Shown: positions 23,316 to 33,590, numbered from the stretch's first letter. The stretch is 64,000 nucleotides of DNA from Nitrospira sp. (GCA_047150005.1 AP038806.1:3904001-3968000); one strand, 5' to 3'. Notes: a model not told the origin generated them from the sequence alone. Numbers and translations: made by a program.

Positions 23316-24662
23316 CTATCCTTGCTCAATCAGCCGGATCATTTCCTGATTCGTCGCAAACTTGAATTCGCCGATGCAGTCGCCTTTGGCCTGGTGAGCC
23401 TTTTCCGCGGCTTCCAGCGCTCGGAGCCCCTTGACCCCGACCGGATGGCACTTCCGTTCCCGAAGCATCGTCTGGAGTTTCTCGAGCACCGACTTCGGAT
23501 TGCCTGGCGCCTGCTTGATGAGCAGATACCGACCGACAACCTCGGCACACCAATCTCCGTCGCGCTTAGCCACTCCGACGAGGCCTTCGCTGGCCTTTCT
23601 CGCCCACCCCGCAAGAAATACCCCGTCCAGCACTTTTCCCGTGGCCTCGTCGTACGCTTGAAACAACGCGTCGTCCGGCTCGTTGCTCGTCTTGTTGGGA
23701 TTCGTTACGAAGATTCCGCTCTTGTACGGCAAGCCCACAGTCTCATCGACCCTGTCACCGACCGCAAAGACGACGCTGTCGCAGGGAAACTCGTAGAACT
23801 GCTTGAGCCCGACGGCGGCAGTGTCTTCACCTTTCGGCTCCAGTTTATTGTCCTCCATCTCCAATCCGCGAACGCGGTTGTTTCCGTCGACGAGGATACG
23901 TTTGGGTGATGCCAAAAATTTGAAACTCATCTTCGCGTCGCTGTTTTTCGGCTCGCACTTCGTGAATTCACCGACGAGTACCTTGAGAACTTCATCAGGC
24001 TTCTGGCCCACCGCGACCAGCCGGTCCTTGATGCGCTCCACTTCCCTGGTGATGTCTTCCACGTCCATGTTGGCGCACACCGCGCGGATCTCTTTGGGAT
24101 TATACTTTCGTTCTGCAGGACCACGTCGGACGATCGCGGTCACCCGTTCAACCTTCTTATAGCGAGTCAACCAGTGGGCAATGTCCACCATGACGTCGCC
24201 AGCTCCGATCACGGCCACGTGCCGACCGACATCAAACGGGCGATCTCCAAACCCTGGAAGACGATTGAAGTGGTACACTACGTCTTTGGCATGAAAAACC
24301 CCCGCGGCCGTATCCCCGTCGACACCGATGGCCTTGGTGCCCTGAGCCCCAATGGAAAAAACGACCGCACTGGCCCCGAGACCCCGCACATCCTCGACCG
24401 AGAGATCCTTCCCCTTCCCGATCGAGACATTCCCAAAATAGTGCACGTTCGCCTGTTCGAGTAACTCCCAATACTGTTTCTTGAGACCGCCGCGCAACTT
24501 GAGTTTGGATGGGAAGATGCCGTATTCCGCTAATCCGCCGAACTTGACATCGCGATTCAGAATGATGACTTCGTGTCCCGCTTTCGCAAGGGTTCCGGCA
24601 ACCGCCATCCCGGCCGGACCGGCACCGGCGACAATTATCACATGGGCTGCTTGTGCACTCAT
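23316..24662 (-). CDS. FAD-dependent oxidoreductase, ferredoxin-NADP+/adrenodoxin reductase-like
   Basis: GAGPAG, GGLAEYGI, second Rossmann motif IGAGDVMVD, RRGP, GWARKASEGLVG. Confidence 0.8.
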   Translation of the reverse strand: MSAQAAHVIIVAGAGPAGMAVAGTLAKAGHEVIILNRDVKFGGLAEYGIFPSKLKLRGGLKKQYWELLEQANVHYFGNVSIGKGKDLSVEDVRGLGASAVVFSIGAQGTKAIGVDGDTAAGVFHAKDVVYHFNRLPGFGDRPFDVGRHVAVIGAGDVMVDIAHWLTRYKKVERVTAIVRRGPAERKYNPKEIRAVCANMDVEDITREVERIKDRLVAVGQKPDEVLKVLVGEFTKCEPKNSDAKMSFKFLASPKRILVDGNNRVRGLEMEDNKLEPKGEDTAAVGLKQFYEFPCDSVVFAVGDRVDETVGLPYKSGIFVTNPNKTSNEPDDALFQAYDEATGKVLDGVFLAGWARKASEGLVGVAKRDGDWCAEVVGRYLLIKQAPGNPKSVLEKLQTMLRERKCHPVGVKGLRALEAAEKAHQAKGDCIGEFKFATNQEMIRLIEQG

Positions 24663-24723
24663 ACGATCATTCTTTCCCCGTGTAGAAAGACAAAAATAGT
24701 CTAGAACCTCAAAAGTTCCGCGG

Positions 24724-24753
24724 ACTTTAGCATAGCGGCTCCGGCGCTGTCAA
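24724..24753 (-). promoter_or_regulatory. Sigma70-like promoter of the FAD oxidoreductase gene
   Basis: TTGACA-N18-TAAAGT with extended -10 TG. Confidence 0.55.
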
Positions 24754-24911
24754 AATCCTGAATGCACGGGTGCACGAGTACACGCGGCTGACCCGTCACG
24801 ACGTGCAATCATCTCGTCCAACCTTTGCTTCAAGGAAAATGTCGGAGCTGCGAGCGGGTTATTGGAGCTCTGACTGTTCGCCACGGATCCGTCCGCCGCG
24901 CCACCGCAGCG

Positions 24912-26369
24912 TCAACCTCCGGCGCTCCCCACTGGTCCCCCTGGTTCGGTCATCCGCCAGGGATCGAGCAGTTCGGTCAGGCGCTTCTCAGGAAGGACTT
25001 TTTGCTCTTGGGCAACCTCGCGCACGGTTTTTCCGGACTTGAACGCGTCCTTGGCCAATTTCGCCGCCGCTTCATAACCGATCTCGGGGGCCAGGGCGGT
25101 ACACATGGCCAAGCTCTCTTCTATCAGGCTGTTGCAGCGCGCTTCATTCGCCGTGATGCCTTCGATACACTTGGCAGCGAAGTTATTGGAAGCAGTCGCC
25201 AGCAACTCGATGGACTGGAGAAGATTGTAGGCCATCACCGGCAACATGACGATCAACTCGAAGTTCGCCGCCTGCCCGCCGACGGTCACCGTGACATCAT
25301 TGCCGATCACTTGGGCGCAGACCATCGTGACGGATTCGGCGATGACGGGATTGACCTTCCCCGGCATGATCGAAGATCCGGGCTGTGTTTCCGGCAGACT
25401 GATTTCCCCGAGGCCGCAACGAGGACCGGACCCGAGCCAGCGAATGTCGTTGGCAATCTTCATCAGGCTGACGGCCAGCGTCCGCAAGGCTCCGCTCGCC
25501 TCGACCAACGAATCCTGTGCTGACTGCGCCTCGAAATGATTGACCGCCTCCTGAAACCGACAACCGGTCTCGTGGGAAATGATGGCCATGACCTTGCCGG
25601 AAAACTCGGGATGGCAATTCAAGCCCGTTCCCACAGCCGTCCCACCGAGCGCCACCTCGCTCAAAGCCTCCTGCGCCCGCTTCACGCGAGTCATCCCCAG
25701 CTCAATCTGTCTGGCATAGCCACCGAATTCCTGACCGAGCCGCACAGGTGTGGCATCCTGCAAATGTGTGCGGCCGATCTTGACGACATGGTCGAACGCC
25801 CGCGCCTTGTCCTCAAGCGCCTTGTGCAGTCGGGACAGCGCGGGAAGCAGCTGCCGCTGCATCGTCTCTGCAGCCGCGATGTGAATGGCCGTCGGAATCA
25901 CGTCGTTGCTCGACTGGCCGAGATTCACATGATCGTTCGGATGCACGAGTTTGCTGCCCCGTGCGCCGCCGAGCAATTCTGTGGCCCGATTGGAGATGAC
26001 CTCGTTCGTGTTCATATTCGTCGAGGTTCCCGAGCCGGTTTGGAAGATATCGACGGGAAATTGGTCGTCGAGCTTCCCCTCCACTACTTCCGTGGACGCT
26101 TGCCTGATGGCGTCGGCATGACGCTGTTCAAGCAACCCCAGCGACTGGTTCACCGATGCGGCTGCTCGCTTGATCAGTCCCATGGCCCGAATGACGGACC
26201 GCGGCATGCGCAAGGGGCTGATGGGAAAATTCTCGACGGCCCGCGCGGTCTGCACGCCGTAATAGGCGTCAGCCGGCACGGCCAGTTCGCCCATGGTGTC
26301 GCGTTCGATTCTGATGGCCCTGGCAGATGGCTGGGGGTCCGTAGGATGGCTGTCGCGTGTCGGCTTCAT
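24912..26369 (-). CDS. fumC: Class II fumarate hydratase
   Basis: QTGSGTSTNMN, HPNDHVN, KIGRTHLQDATP, GSSIMPGKVNP. Confidence 0.95.
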   Translation of the reverse strand: MKPTRDSHPTDPQPSARAIRIERDTMGELAVPADAYYGVQTARAVENFPISPLRMPRSVIRAMGLIKRAAASVNQSLGLLEQRHADAIRQASTEVVEGKLDDQFPVDIFQTGSGTSTNMNTNEVISNRATELLGGARGSKLVHPNDHVNLGQSSNDVIPTAIHIAAAETMQRQLLPALSRLHKALEDKARAFDHVVKIGRTHLQDATPVRLGQEFGGYARQIELGMTRVKRAQEALSEVALGGTAVGTGLNCHPEFSGKVMAIISHETGCRFQEAVNHFEAQSAQDSLVEASGALRTLAVSLMKIANDIRWLGSGPRCGLGEISLPETQPGSSIMPGKVNPVIAESVTMVCAQVIGNDVTVTVGGQAANFELIVMLPVMAYNLLQSIELLATASNNFAAKCIEGITANEARCNSLIEESLAMCTALAPEIGYEAAAKLAKDAFKSGKTVREVAQEQKVLPEKRLTELLDPWRMTEPGGPVGSAGG

Positions 26370-26446
26370 AGGTTCGACTCCGTCATGAGGGTTCTGACTT
26401 ACGAGGGCGTCATGATAAACTCAGCCCCTTACTCGACACAAGGGTC

Positions 26447-26677
26447 ATGAGTTCCGCTCACGTGATTGTAGACACCTATGCCGGTGATAAGGGCGAAGAC
26501 ACGCCCCGGTCGTTCACGCACGGAAAGATGTACCGCGGCGTCACGGACATCCTCGATCAGTGGTATACGGATTCCCACTGCTACTTCCGCGTGCGAGCGG
26601 ACGACGGTCAGCGGTATGTCCTGCGGCACCAGCTTGACGAGGAATCGTGGGAGTTGGTGATGCGGGAGCAGGATTGA
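26447..26677 (+). CDS. Small hypothetical protein (76 aa)
   Basis: Fills the gap between fumC and hsp20; P.SF...ILDQW...YFRV...G..Y.L...W.L pattern typical of a small beta-fold family. Confidence 0.7.
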   Translation: MSSAHVIVDTYAGDKGEDTPRSFTHGKMYRGVTDILDQWYTDSHCYFRVRADDGQRYVLRHQLDEESWELVMREQD

Positions 26678-26710
26678 AAATGAAAAGGCCCGTCTTGCAG
26701 ACGAGCCTTT
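26676..26710 (-). terminator. Intrinsic terminator after hsp20 (possibly bidirectional)
   Basis: Minus strand AAAGGCTCGTC-tgcaa-GACGGGCCTTTT followed by CATTTTC. Confidence 0.7.
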
Positions 26711-26736
26711 CCCCTCAGAGCCTGGAGACGGCTATC

Positions 26737-27186
26737 TTAGGCAACTTTCACATCGATGGCCTTCGGCTTCACCCGTTCCGTCTTGGGAAGGTGCAAGGCC
26801 AGCACTCCGTCCTTGTATTCAGCCTTCACTCCCCCGTCGTCAACGGACTCCGGCAACGTGAAGCTGCGGACGAAACTCCCATAGGAGCGTTCGACTCGGT
26901 GGAACTTCTTGCCTTTCTCCTCCTTTTCCTGACGGCGTTCGCCCTGTAACGTCAGCACACCGTCCTCGACCGTGACCTTGACATCCTCCTTCTTCACCTC
27001 CGGCAGTTCCGCCTTGATCAGGTACTCCGTATCGGTCTCGCTGATATCCACGGTCGGCATCCAATCCGCAACTGTCAGGGCCTCCTTGCCATTGCTGACT
27101 CGCGCTGCGGGACGGGCAAACACACGGTTCAATCTTTCCGACATGTCTTCCAACTCGCGAAATGGATCCCATCGTACAAGAGTCAT
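26737..27186 (-). CDS. Hsp20/alpha-crystallin small heat-shock protein
   Basis: MTLVRWDPFREL, PTVDISE, ERSYGSFVRSFTLP, DGVLALHLPK; AGGAGG SD. Confidence 0.95.
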   Translation of the reverse strand: MTLVRWDPFRELEDMSERLNRVFARPAARVSNGKEALTVADWMPTVDISETDTEYLIKAELPEVKKEDVKVTVEDGVLTLQGERRQEKEEKGKKFHRVERSYGSFVRSFTLPESVDDGGVKAEYKDGVLALHLPKTERVKPKAIDVKVA

Positions 27187-27321
27187 CTTAGACCTCCTGT
27201 TTGTCATCATGTGGTTTAACGTATTGTGGCGCTGCGCCGAATTCCGCTCACGATTGGGAGATAACGCGGATAGGGGTCAAGTCAAGAGGGACATCGACGA
27301 GACGAGGGCGACAACAACGGC

Positions 27322-28458
27322 TTAAGGACGTTCGCTGAGCGGCACATAGGAACGGTTGTGCTCACCGGAATAGATCTGGTCCGGACGAAACAGCTTGTTC
27401 TCGCCTAACTGCTCCAGCCAGTGGGCCAACCAGCCGGAGACACGCGCCATGGCGAACAACGGAGTGAAGAGATCCACGTCGATTCCCATCTTGTCGTAGA
27501 TGATGCCGGAGTAAAAATCGACGTTGGGGTAAATCCCCTTCCCGTCCAGATGCTCAGCCGCTGCCCGCTCGACCTCCATCGCCACGTCGTAGAGCGGCGA
27601 GGAGCCGCATGCCTTGAACAACCGGTCGCAGAGCGATTGCAGGATGACGGCCCGCGGGTCCTTGACCTTGTACACGCGATGGCCGAAGCCCATCAGCTTC
27701 TGTTTATTGGCCAGACGTTGCACGACAAACCCTCGGGCACGATCGGGAACGCCGATCTCTTTCAGCATCTGCACGACTTCTTCATTGGCTCCGCCGTGCA
27801 ATGGCCCCTTGAGCGACCCGACGGACGAAGCCACGACGGTATAGGGGTCGGCCAGCGTCGAGGCCGTGATCATTCCGGTGAATGTCGACGCGTTCATCGT
27901 GTGCTCGGCATGAAGGATCAGACAATCGTCAAATACCTCGCCCCACACGGGAGGAGGGACCGATTCCGTCATCATATACAAGAAGTTTTCGCTGAACTCG
28001 AGGTCATCGCGCGGCGCGATCGCCTCATCCCCCCGGCGCAGCCGGGCCCACGCCGCGACGATCGTCGGGAGCTTGGCGACAAGACGAACCGACGACCAGT
28101 AGTTGTTCTCCATGTCCTTTACATTGCGGCCCGGATAGAACATCCCGAGCGCGGCAATGGCGGCTTGGAGCGCGTCCATCGGATGACCGTGCTCCGGCAG
28201 ACACTTCATCAAATCGATGATCGTGAACTTCACGCGGCGATGATGCGTCACATCCTCCGTCCACTTGGCCAATTGGCCTTGGGTGGGCAGATGGCCGAAC
28301 AGGAGGAGGTAGGCGGTTTCCAGATAGGAGGACTTGGCGCAGAGTTCCTCGACCCGGATACCTCGGTATTCGAGAATGCCGCGGGAGCCGTCCACATCGC
28401 TGATGGCCGACTTGGCGGCCGGGACACCGGCAAGACCCGGCATGAAATCGTGGGGCAT
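27322..28458 (-). CDS. gltA: Citrate synthase
   Basis: LEYRG, HAEHTMNASTF, GPLHGGAN, GFGHRVYKVKDPR, YPNVDFYSG. Confidence 0.95.
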   Translation of the reverse strand: MPHDFMPGLAGVPAAKSAISDVDGSRGILEYRGIRVEELCAKSSYLETAYLLLFGHLPTQGQLAKWTEDVTHHRRVKFTIIDLMKCLPEHGHPMDALQAAIAALGMFYPGRNVKDMENNYWSSVRLVAKLPTIVAAWARLRRGDEAIAPRDDLEFSENFLYMMTESVPPPVWGEVFDDCLILHAEHTMNASTFTGMITASTLADPYTVVASSVGSLKGPLHGGANEEVVQMLKEIGVPDRARGFVVQRLANKQKLMGFGHRVYKVKDPRAVILQSLCDRLFKACGSSPLYDVAMEVERAAAEHLDGKGIYPNVDFYSGIIYDKMGIDVDLFTPLFAMARVSGWLAHWLEQLGENKLFRPDQIYSGEHNRSYVPLSERP

Positions 28459-28593
28459 GGCCTCTCCTAAATTGAGCGATTCGCTATCCGTGTGAGCGAT
28501 GACCTATCCGTCTATTCGGTGCCGGGAATGCCATGCGATGCGACGGTCGGCACCTTGCAATCATCTACTTCGCTTGGCATACTGCCGTCAGTC

Positions 28594-28839
28594 GTGAAGT
28601 GGAGGACGCGCATACTACGGCACCGCCTGTCGGCGATGGCAATTCTCGGTACTCTCGTTTCTGTTCCCGCCCTGATCTCCCCCCGGACATCGACCGGACC
28701 ACTCCAGCGTGAGACGATCAAGGCCGTCGGTACCAGCACGTTGGGCCACGGCGCGCCCCCGGCGAGTCTTCCTCATCAGCGCTCCGCGGCCCCCGGCGAT
28801 TCCGGCGCGATCGTTCGGCAAACGGAGAGGTACGGGTGA
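28594..28839 (+). CDS. Possible small membrane or exported protein
   Basis: TTGCAA-N17-CATACT upstream; basic N-terminus plus hydrophobic stretch; stop overlaps the next start (GTGA). Confidence 0.4.
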   Translation: MKWRTRILRHRLSAMAILGTLVSVPALISPRTSTGPLQRETIKAVGTSTLGHGAPPASLPHQRSAAPGDSGAIVRQTERYG

Positions 28840-29222
28840 AGGCGATTCTCTGTTGCGCGGTGCTCGCTGCGGCTCTGCTCGTCGTCGGCGCAGGTGTGGG
28901 ACACGGCGACGACGAATTGCTGATCTTCGCCGTGGTCAGCGCCCCGCCCAAGGACCGATCCCGCGTCGCGGTCACGGCTTCGATCGGCGATACAGTCTCT
29001 GACACGAAACTGCTGGCTTCCGACGCCATTTTGAACAACCTGATCTGGAAAAAACTGGAGATCTGTCATGCGCTCCGCATCGAAGGCACCAAAGCTGCCG
29101 ACGGGTACAAGGTGCTGACCGTCCGGGTGATCGATGCCAGCATGCTCCCCATGACGCTGCAATCGTTTGCCGGAGATTGCCTCATCAAGAAAGCCATCGA
29201 GCTCGCGCCGCTGGTGGATTGA
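28836..29222 (+). CDS. Hypothetical exported protein
   Basis: GGAGAGG SD; signal-peptide-like N-terminus; two Cys in the mature part. Confidence 0.75.
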   Translation: MKAILCCAVLAAALLVVGAGVGHGDDELLIFAVVSAPPKDRSRVAVTASIGDTVSDTKLLASDAILNNLIWKKLEICHALRIEGTKAADGYKVLTVRVIDASMLPMTLQSFAGDCLIKKAIELAPLVD

Positions 29223-29232
29223 GGGACGGAGA

Positions 29233-29604
29233 TCACGTTGCCCGACACTCGAAACAACTCGTGGGTTCTTCCGGCGCATCGCACTCTTCTTCGGTTAATG
29301 GAAACAGCTGCTCGCAGAGGCGGCAGATTCGAATCTCGAAGTAGGGCGTGCCCTCCTGATCGATGTCCGTTGGTAACAGCAATTCACAGGGGTCATATCC
29401 GATCATCGCCCCGTCCGAAAATTTTACGACGGCGAGACGATCGTTGAACACCTCGAAGGTGGCCTCCTGTCCTTTTCGATCGACAAGATGCCCGAGTACG
29501 AAAACGGGTTGTCCTTTGCGTTTAATGCGGAGATCCCGCAGCGTGCGCTGATTGGTGGTCGCACAGGAAAACTGACCGCTCGAGCTGGTACCGACAGTGG
29601 GCAT
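29233..29604 (-). CDS. Hypothetical protein with C-terminal CxxC...CxxC zinc ribbon
   Basis: CRLC ... CFEC at the C-terminus. Confidence 0.7.
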   Translation of the reverse strand: MPTVGTSSSGQFSCATTNQRTLRDLRIKRKGQPVFVLGHLVDRKGQEATFEVFNDRLAVVKFSDGAMIGYDPCELLLPTDIDQEGTPYFEIRICRLCEQLFPLTEEECDAPEEPTSCFECRAT

Positions 29605-29695
29605 GGCGAAGACGAATGCAACCGCAACTCTTTAGCATGTACCATAGGGGTAAAAATGGCGTCAAGCGATCACCAACCCGTAAGAAGGAGCGGAC

Positions 29696-30049
29696 ATGCC
29701 CGATATCATCATCATCTATGAGAAACCGACCTGCTCGACCTGCCGCCAAGCCGTTCAACTGGCCAAAGACAGCGGGAAACCGTTCAAGACCGTCAATTAC
29801 TATATGACGCCGTTTACGAAGGCCAAGTTGACGGCGTTGCTGAAGAAAGGCGGATTATCTCCTCGCGAGGTGCTGCGGACGAAGGAGGATGTGTACAAAG
29901 AGCTCGGTCTGGCTAAAAAAAACCTGCCCGACGACGAACTCATCGACGTGATGATCAAGCACCCCGACTTGATTCAACGCCCGATTGTGGAAGCCGGCGA
30001 TACGGTTCTCTTGGCCAGGCCCGCCGACCGAATCGAGCAGCTGCTGTAG
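29696..30049 (+). CDS. ArsC/Spx/MgsR family protein
   Basis: YEKPTCSTCRQA, HPDLIQRPIV, ARP; AAGGAG SD. Confidence 0.9.
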   Translation: MPDIIIIYEKPTCSTCRQAVQLAKDSGKPFKTVNYYMTPFTKAKLTALLKKGGLSPREVLRTKEDVYKELGLAKKNLPDDELIDVMIKHPDLIQRPIVEAGDTVLLARPADRIEQLL

Positions 30050-30228
30050 GCATCGCCGGATTTTCTCGGGCACCTTCGTGCATCGTCGCTCTTGGATTCT
30101 CGGGGTAGAGGAACCATGCCGGGCACCGGCCGATTTCCCGAGCCCCGGCGGCAGCGCTCCTGCACGATCCGAGCATAGGATTCCAGGTCGATCAGGCAAC
30201 CGGCTTCATGCGCAGCACCCCTGCCGCA

Positions 30229-31440
30229 TCACGCCGCACCGTCCGGCTTAAACAGCAACGTCCCCGACCGGCTCACCCGCACCGCCACTTCGCCGTTCAA
30301 CACTTGCAGGATCAGAGTGCCCGCCACTTCGCGACGCCACCCGCGCAATAGCGGGAGAGCAATCTCGGTGTTTTTCTCTTTGGCCTCGACCAACGCTTGA
30401 ATATCGGCACTGGTCGCGAGCAGGGTCGGAGCAATTTCGGCTTCCGCCGCCCGAGCCTTCAGGACAGCCTGAAGGAGCTCGACGATCCCGACGGACTCGG
30501 GCTCTGAGCGCTTTTCCGCCGGCACCTGTGGCCACGCCGCGGGAGGGAGCGCCAGCGCGCGCTCAACCGTTTTCAGAATGTGCTCGCCGTTGCGTTCAAC
30601 CTCGGAACTGTGCACGCCTCTGAGGGTTTTGAGCTCATTCAGCGTCCTCGGCGGGTGCCGGGCCAGTTGCAACAGCACTTCATCCCTCAGGACTCGTCCT
30701 CGCGGCACATTGCGGCGTTTCGCTTCGCTTTCTCGCCAGGCAGCCAGATCACGAAGTACGGCGGCGTACTTGGGCTTGAGGCCCTCCCACCCTCGAATTC
30801 GCTGGTAACGTTCGAGCGGATCCCGGCTCTTTTCGCCCACCACGGATTCAAGTCGGGCGAACTCTTCATGGACCCACTCCAATCGGCCCAACGTCGAAAG
30901 CTTTCTGACCAGATGCGCGTGAATCGGCAGCAGAAACTGGACGTCCTCGGCCGCGTAGGCGATCTGATCGTGCGAAAGCGGGCGCGCGCTCCAATTGGTG
31001 AACGTGTGGGCCTTGGCCAGCTTGGTGCCGATGATACGTTGCACGAGATTGGCGTATGCAGCTTGAGCGCCGAACCCCAACATCGCGGCGGCGATTTGCG
31101 TGTCGAAAAACGGTTTCGGAATCTGCCCGGCATGGAGTGCGAACAGATCCAGATCCTGCCGGCCGGCATGCACGATCTTGTTCACACGCGGATTGCAGAT
31201 CAGTTCCCAGAAGGCATCGAGCGGACCCTCGGCCTGTACGGCAGGAAAGTCGATGACGGCGGAAACCGTCTGCGACGCGACTTGAATCAGTTCCAATTTG
31301 GGGACGAAACTGTCCTCCCCCACGAACTCCGTGTCGAGTGCGAGGTCTGCACTCGCCTGCAGCTGATGGCAGAGCCGTTCGAGCGCCACACGGGTGGCGA
31401 TGTAGCCGGGTTCGTTCGGTGTGGTCACACTCTGGTTCAT
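30229..31440 (-). CDS. rnd: Ribonuclease D
   Basis: LDTEF, LIQVA, HAGRQD, FDTQIAA, WSARPL, YAAEDV, HRDC domain, GWRRE. Confidence 0.93.
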   Translation of the reverse strand: MNQSVTTPNEPGYIATRVALERLCHQLQASADLALDTEFVGEDSFVPKLELIQVASQTVSAVIDFPAVQAEGPLDAFWELICNPRVNKIVHAGRQDLDLFALHAGQIPKPFFDTQIAAAMLGFGAQAAYANLVQRIIGTKLAKAHTFTNWSARPLSHDQIAYAAEDVQFLLPIHAHLVRKLSTLGRLEWVHEEFARLESVVGEKSRDPLERYQRIRGWEGLKPKYAAVLRDLAAWRESEAKRRNVPRGRVLRDEVLLQLARHPPRTLNELKTLRGVHSSEVERNGEHILKTVERALALPPAAWPQVPAEKRSEPESVGIVELLQAVLKARAAEAEIAPTLLATSADIQALVEAKEKNTEIALPLLRGWRREVAGTLILQVLNGEVAVRVSRSGTLLFKPDGAA

Positions 31441-32066
31441 TCCGCAGGACTGTACGGCCGATCCGGAGGCTTCATCGGCTCGGTATTGGAGAGGCTGAGG
31501 TATTCCTTGAGAAATTGGTAGGCTTCCAACATGCGGCGCAGTTCCGGCTCGGAGCTGCGATCGCCCTGGTTCGCGTCGGGATGGAGCTGCTTGGCCTTGT
31601 GGCGAAATGCCGCCGTCACATCGGCCAGCGAGCTTCCAAACTCCACTCCCATGATGGCATAGGCATCCACGGCGTTGTTCACTCCGGACCCCTGCGAGAA
31701 GTCCCCGCCGCCGCCGCTCGCGGCCTTCAGCATATCCGCCAAGTTGAGCTTCCGCCGCCGCCGCCGCGGACGTTCCCGGATTTCACTGTCCAAATCGTCC
31801 CAGCGGTCTTCCACGAATTCCAGGCGCGACTCCAGACGCATGGCCCCCGACAGATCGGAAATCCACTCCAATTCCTCCTCGATCTGGAGCAGCGACTTGA
31901 CGATCTCGTCCAGCCCTTGTTCAACTCGAAAGTAGCTGTCGACCCGTTCCTGCATCATCGTATCCACGGCGCAATCCATGCTTTCCTCGGTTTTCGACCT
32001 GAGCGAACTGATGCGCTTTTGCATCCCGTTCCTGAATTTCATGTACTTGCCGGCCGAGAATGGCAT
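31437..32066 (-). CDS. Protein with C-terminal DnaJ (J) domain
   Basis: AYAIMGV...AFRHKAKQLHPDAN...MLEAYQFL; N-terminal coiled-coil-like region. Confidence 0.88.
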   Translation of the reverse strand: MPFSAGKYMKFRNGMQKRISSLRSKTEESMDCAVDTMMQERVDSYFRVEQGLDEIVKSLLQIEEELEWISDLSGAMRLESRLEFVEDRWDDLDSEIRERPRRRRRKLNLADMLKAASGGGGDFSQGSGVNNAVDAYAIMGVEFGSSLADVTAAFRHKAKQLHPDANQGDRSSEPELRRMLEAYQFLKEYLSLSNTEPMKPPDRPYSPAE

Positions 32067-32147
32067 GCGGCCCCCGTTGGGTTTGCAAACGCCGTGCATT
32101 GTAGCATAGGCGCCGCGGGCGTCAGAAGCGTGGAGATGGAGTCCCGT

Positions 32148-33590
32148 TCAGGTCGAAGAGAACTGATCGCTGATCCGATTGCGGCGCCGTGCTACCCCGG
32201 TATCGTGCGCGGCCGCCGAGACCGCTCTGGCCACCCTCGGCACGACTTCCTTATCGAAGACGCTGGGAATGATGTAGTCTTCGCTCAACGTCGTGCGGGG
32301 AATCGTCTCGGCCAGCGCCTTGGCGGCGGCAAGTTTCATCGGTTCGTTGATCCCCACCGCTTGCACGTCCAACGCGCCGCGGAAAATTCCGGGAAATGCC
32401 AAGGCGTTGTTGATCTGATTGGGAAAATCCGAACGGCCCGTCGCGAAGATGCGGCAATGCGAAGCGGCCAGCTCCGGTGACACCTCCGGGTCGGGATTGG
32501 CCATTGCGAACACGATCCGATCCGACGCCATCAAGTCAAGATCCTCGGCCTTCAACAGATTTCCGACCGAGAGACCGATGAAGACATCCGCTCCCTTGAG
32601 GGCGTCTTGGAGAGTGCCTGCCGGCTGGAGCGGGGTCAGGCAGGACAAGAGATCCTGGCGGCAGGGGCGCAGGCGTTCACCGTCCCCTTGCAAAATGATC
32701 CCCGGCTTGTCGCAGCCCACCAGATGGGATACCCCCGCCGCCAGCAACATTCGACAGCAGGCCGTGCCGGCGGCCCCGAGACCGTTGACGACGATCCGTA
32801 CCTCCTCGACGGCTTTACCGACCACCGCGAGCGCATTGGTGAGAGCCGCAAGAATCACCACCGCCGTGCCGTGTTGATCGTCGTGCATCAACGGAATGGT
32901 CAGCGATTCCTTCAGGCGCCGTTCAATCTCGAAACAGCGGGGCGCGCTGATGTCCTCAAGATTGATGGCGCCGAAACCCGGCGCAATCGCTTGAACCGTC
33001 CGTACGACTGCATCCACATCTTGCGTATCGAGACAAATCGGCCACGCGTCGATGCCGGCCAATTCCCTGAACAGCATGGCCTTGCCTTCCATGACCGGTA
33101 ATGCCGCCTCCGGACCCAGATTTCCGAGTCCAAGAACCGCGGACCCATCGGTCACGACGGCCACGCTGTTGCTCTTCGTGGTAAAAGCGTAGGCTTTGGA
33201 CCTGTCCTTGGCGATGGCTTGCGAGACTCGTCCGACTCCGGGAGTGTAGACCATGGACAGCACGTTGCGGGTATTGACCGGCATCTTACTCTGCACGTGG
33301 ATCTTCCCTCCCAGATGGAGCAGAAAAATCCGATCGGACGCCGACAGGACCTTGACGTCCGGAAGCGCTCCAAGACGAAGAAGCACATGCTCTCCGTGCG
33401 CCTCATCACGAACATCGAACGTCACATCCCGAACCATGTAGACTGCGGTGGCGGACACGATGTCGACCGCGCCAAGATTCGCGCCTTCCATAGCCAGAAC
33501 GGCTGCAACATTTGCGAACATGCCCGGCTTGTTGGCGAGTTCGAGGCGGACGGTCAGCCGGTAATTGGAGTAGGGACCGATATCGTTCAT
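32148..33590 (-). CDS. NAD(P)-dependent malic enzyme with N-terminal ACT domain
   Basis: ACT-like NKPGMFA; YTPGV, MEGKA, NLEDI, HDDQHGTA, GLGAAG, ANPDPE, TGRSDFPNQINN. Confidence 0.93.
   Translation of the reverse strand: MNDIGPYSNYRLTVRLELANKPGMFANVAAVLAMEGANLGAVDIVSATAVYMVRDVTFDVRDEAHGEHVLLRLGALPDVKVLSASDRIFLLHLGGKIHVQSKMPVNTRNVLSMVYTPGVGRVSQAIAKDRSKAYAFTTKSNSVAVVTDGSAVLGLGNLGPEAALPVMEGKAMLFRELAGIDAWPICLDTQDVDAVVRTVQAIAPGFGAINLEDISAPRCFEIERRLKESLTIPLMHDDQHGTAVVILAALTNALAVVGKAVEEVRIVVNGLGAAGTACCRMLLAAGVSHLVGCDKPGIILQGDGERLRPCRQDLLSCLTPLQPAGTLQDALKGADVFIGLSVGNLLKAEDLDLMASDRIVFAMANPDPEVSPELAASHCRIFATGRSDFPNQINNALAFPGIFRGALDVQAVGINEPMKLAAAKALAETIPRTTLSEDYIIPSVFDKEVVPRVARAVSAAAHDTGVARRRNRISDQFSST

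Noticed and set aside
27255..27290. CtsR, CIRCE or sigma32 site upstream of hsp20 (GGTCAAGTCAAG)
   Set aside because: Spacing does not fit the CtsR heptad repeat, there is no CIRCE inverted repeat, and the sigma32-like match is too weak to call
30050..30228. GC-rich 180-bp gap between the ArsC-family gene and rnd as a possible sRNA
   Set aside because: Only weak, short complementarities, with no promoter, terminator or recognisable RNA motif
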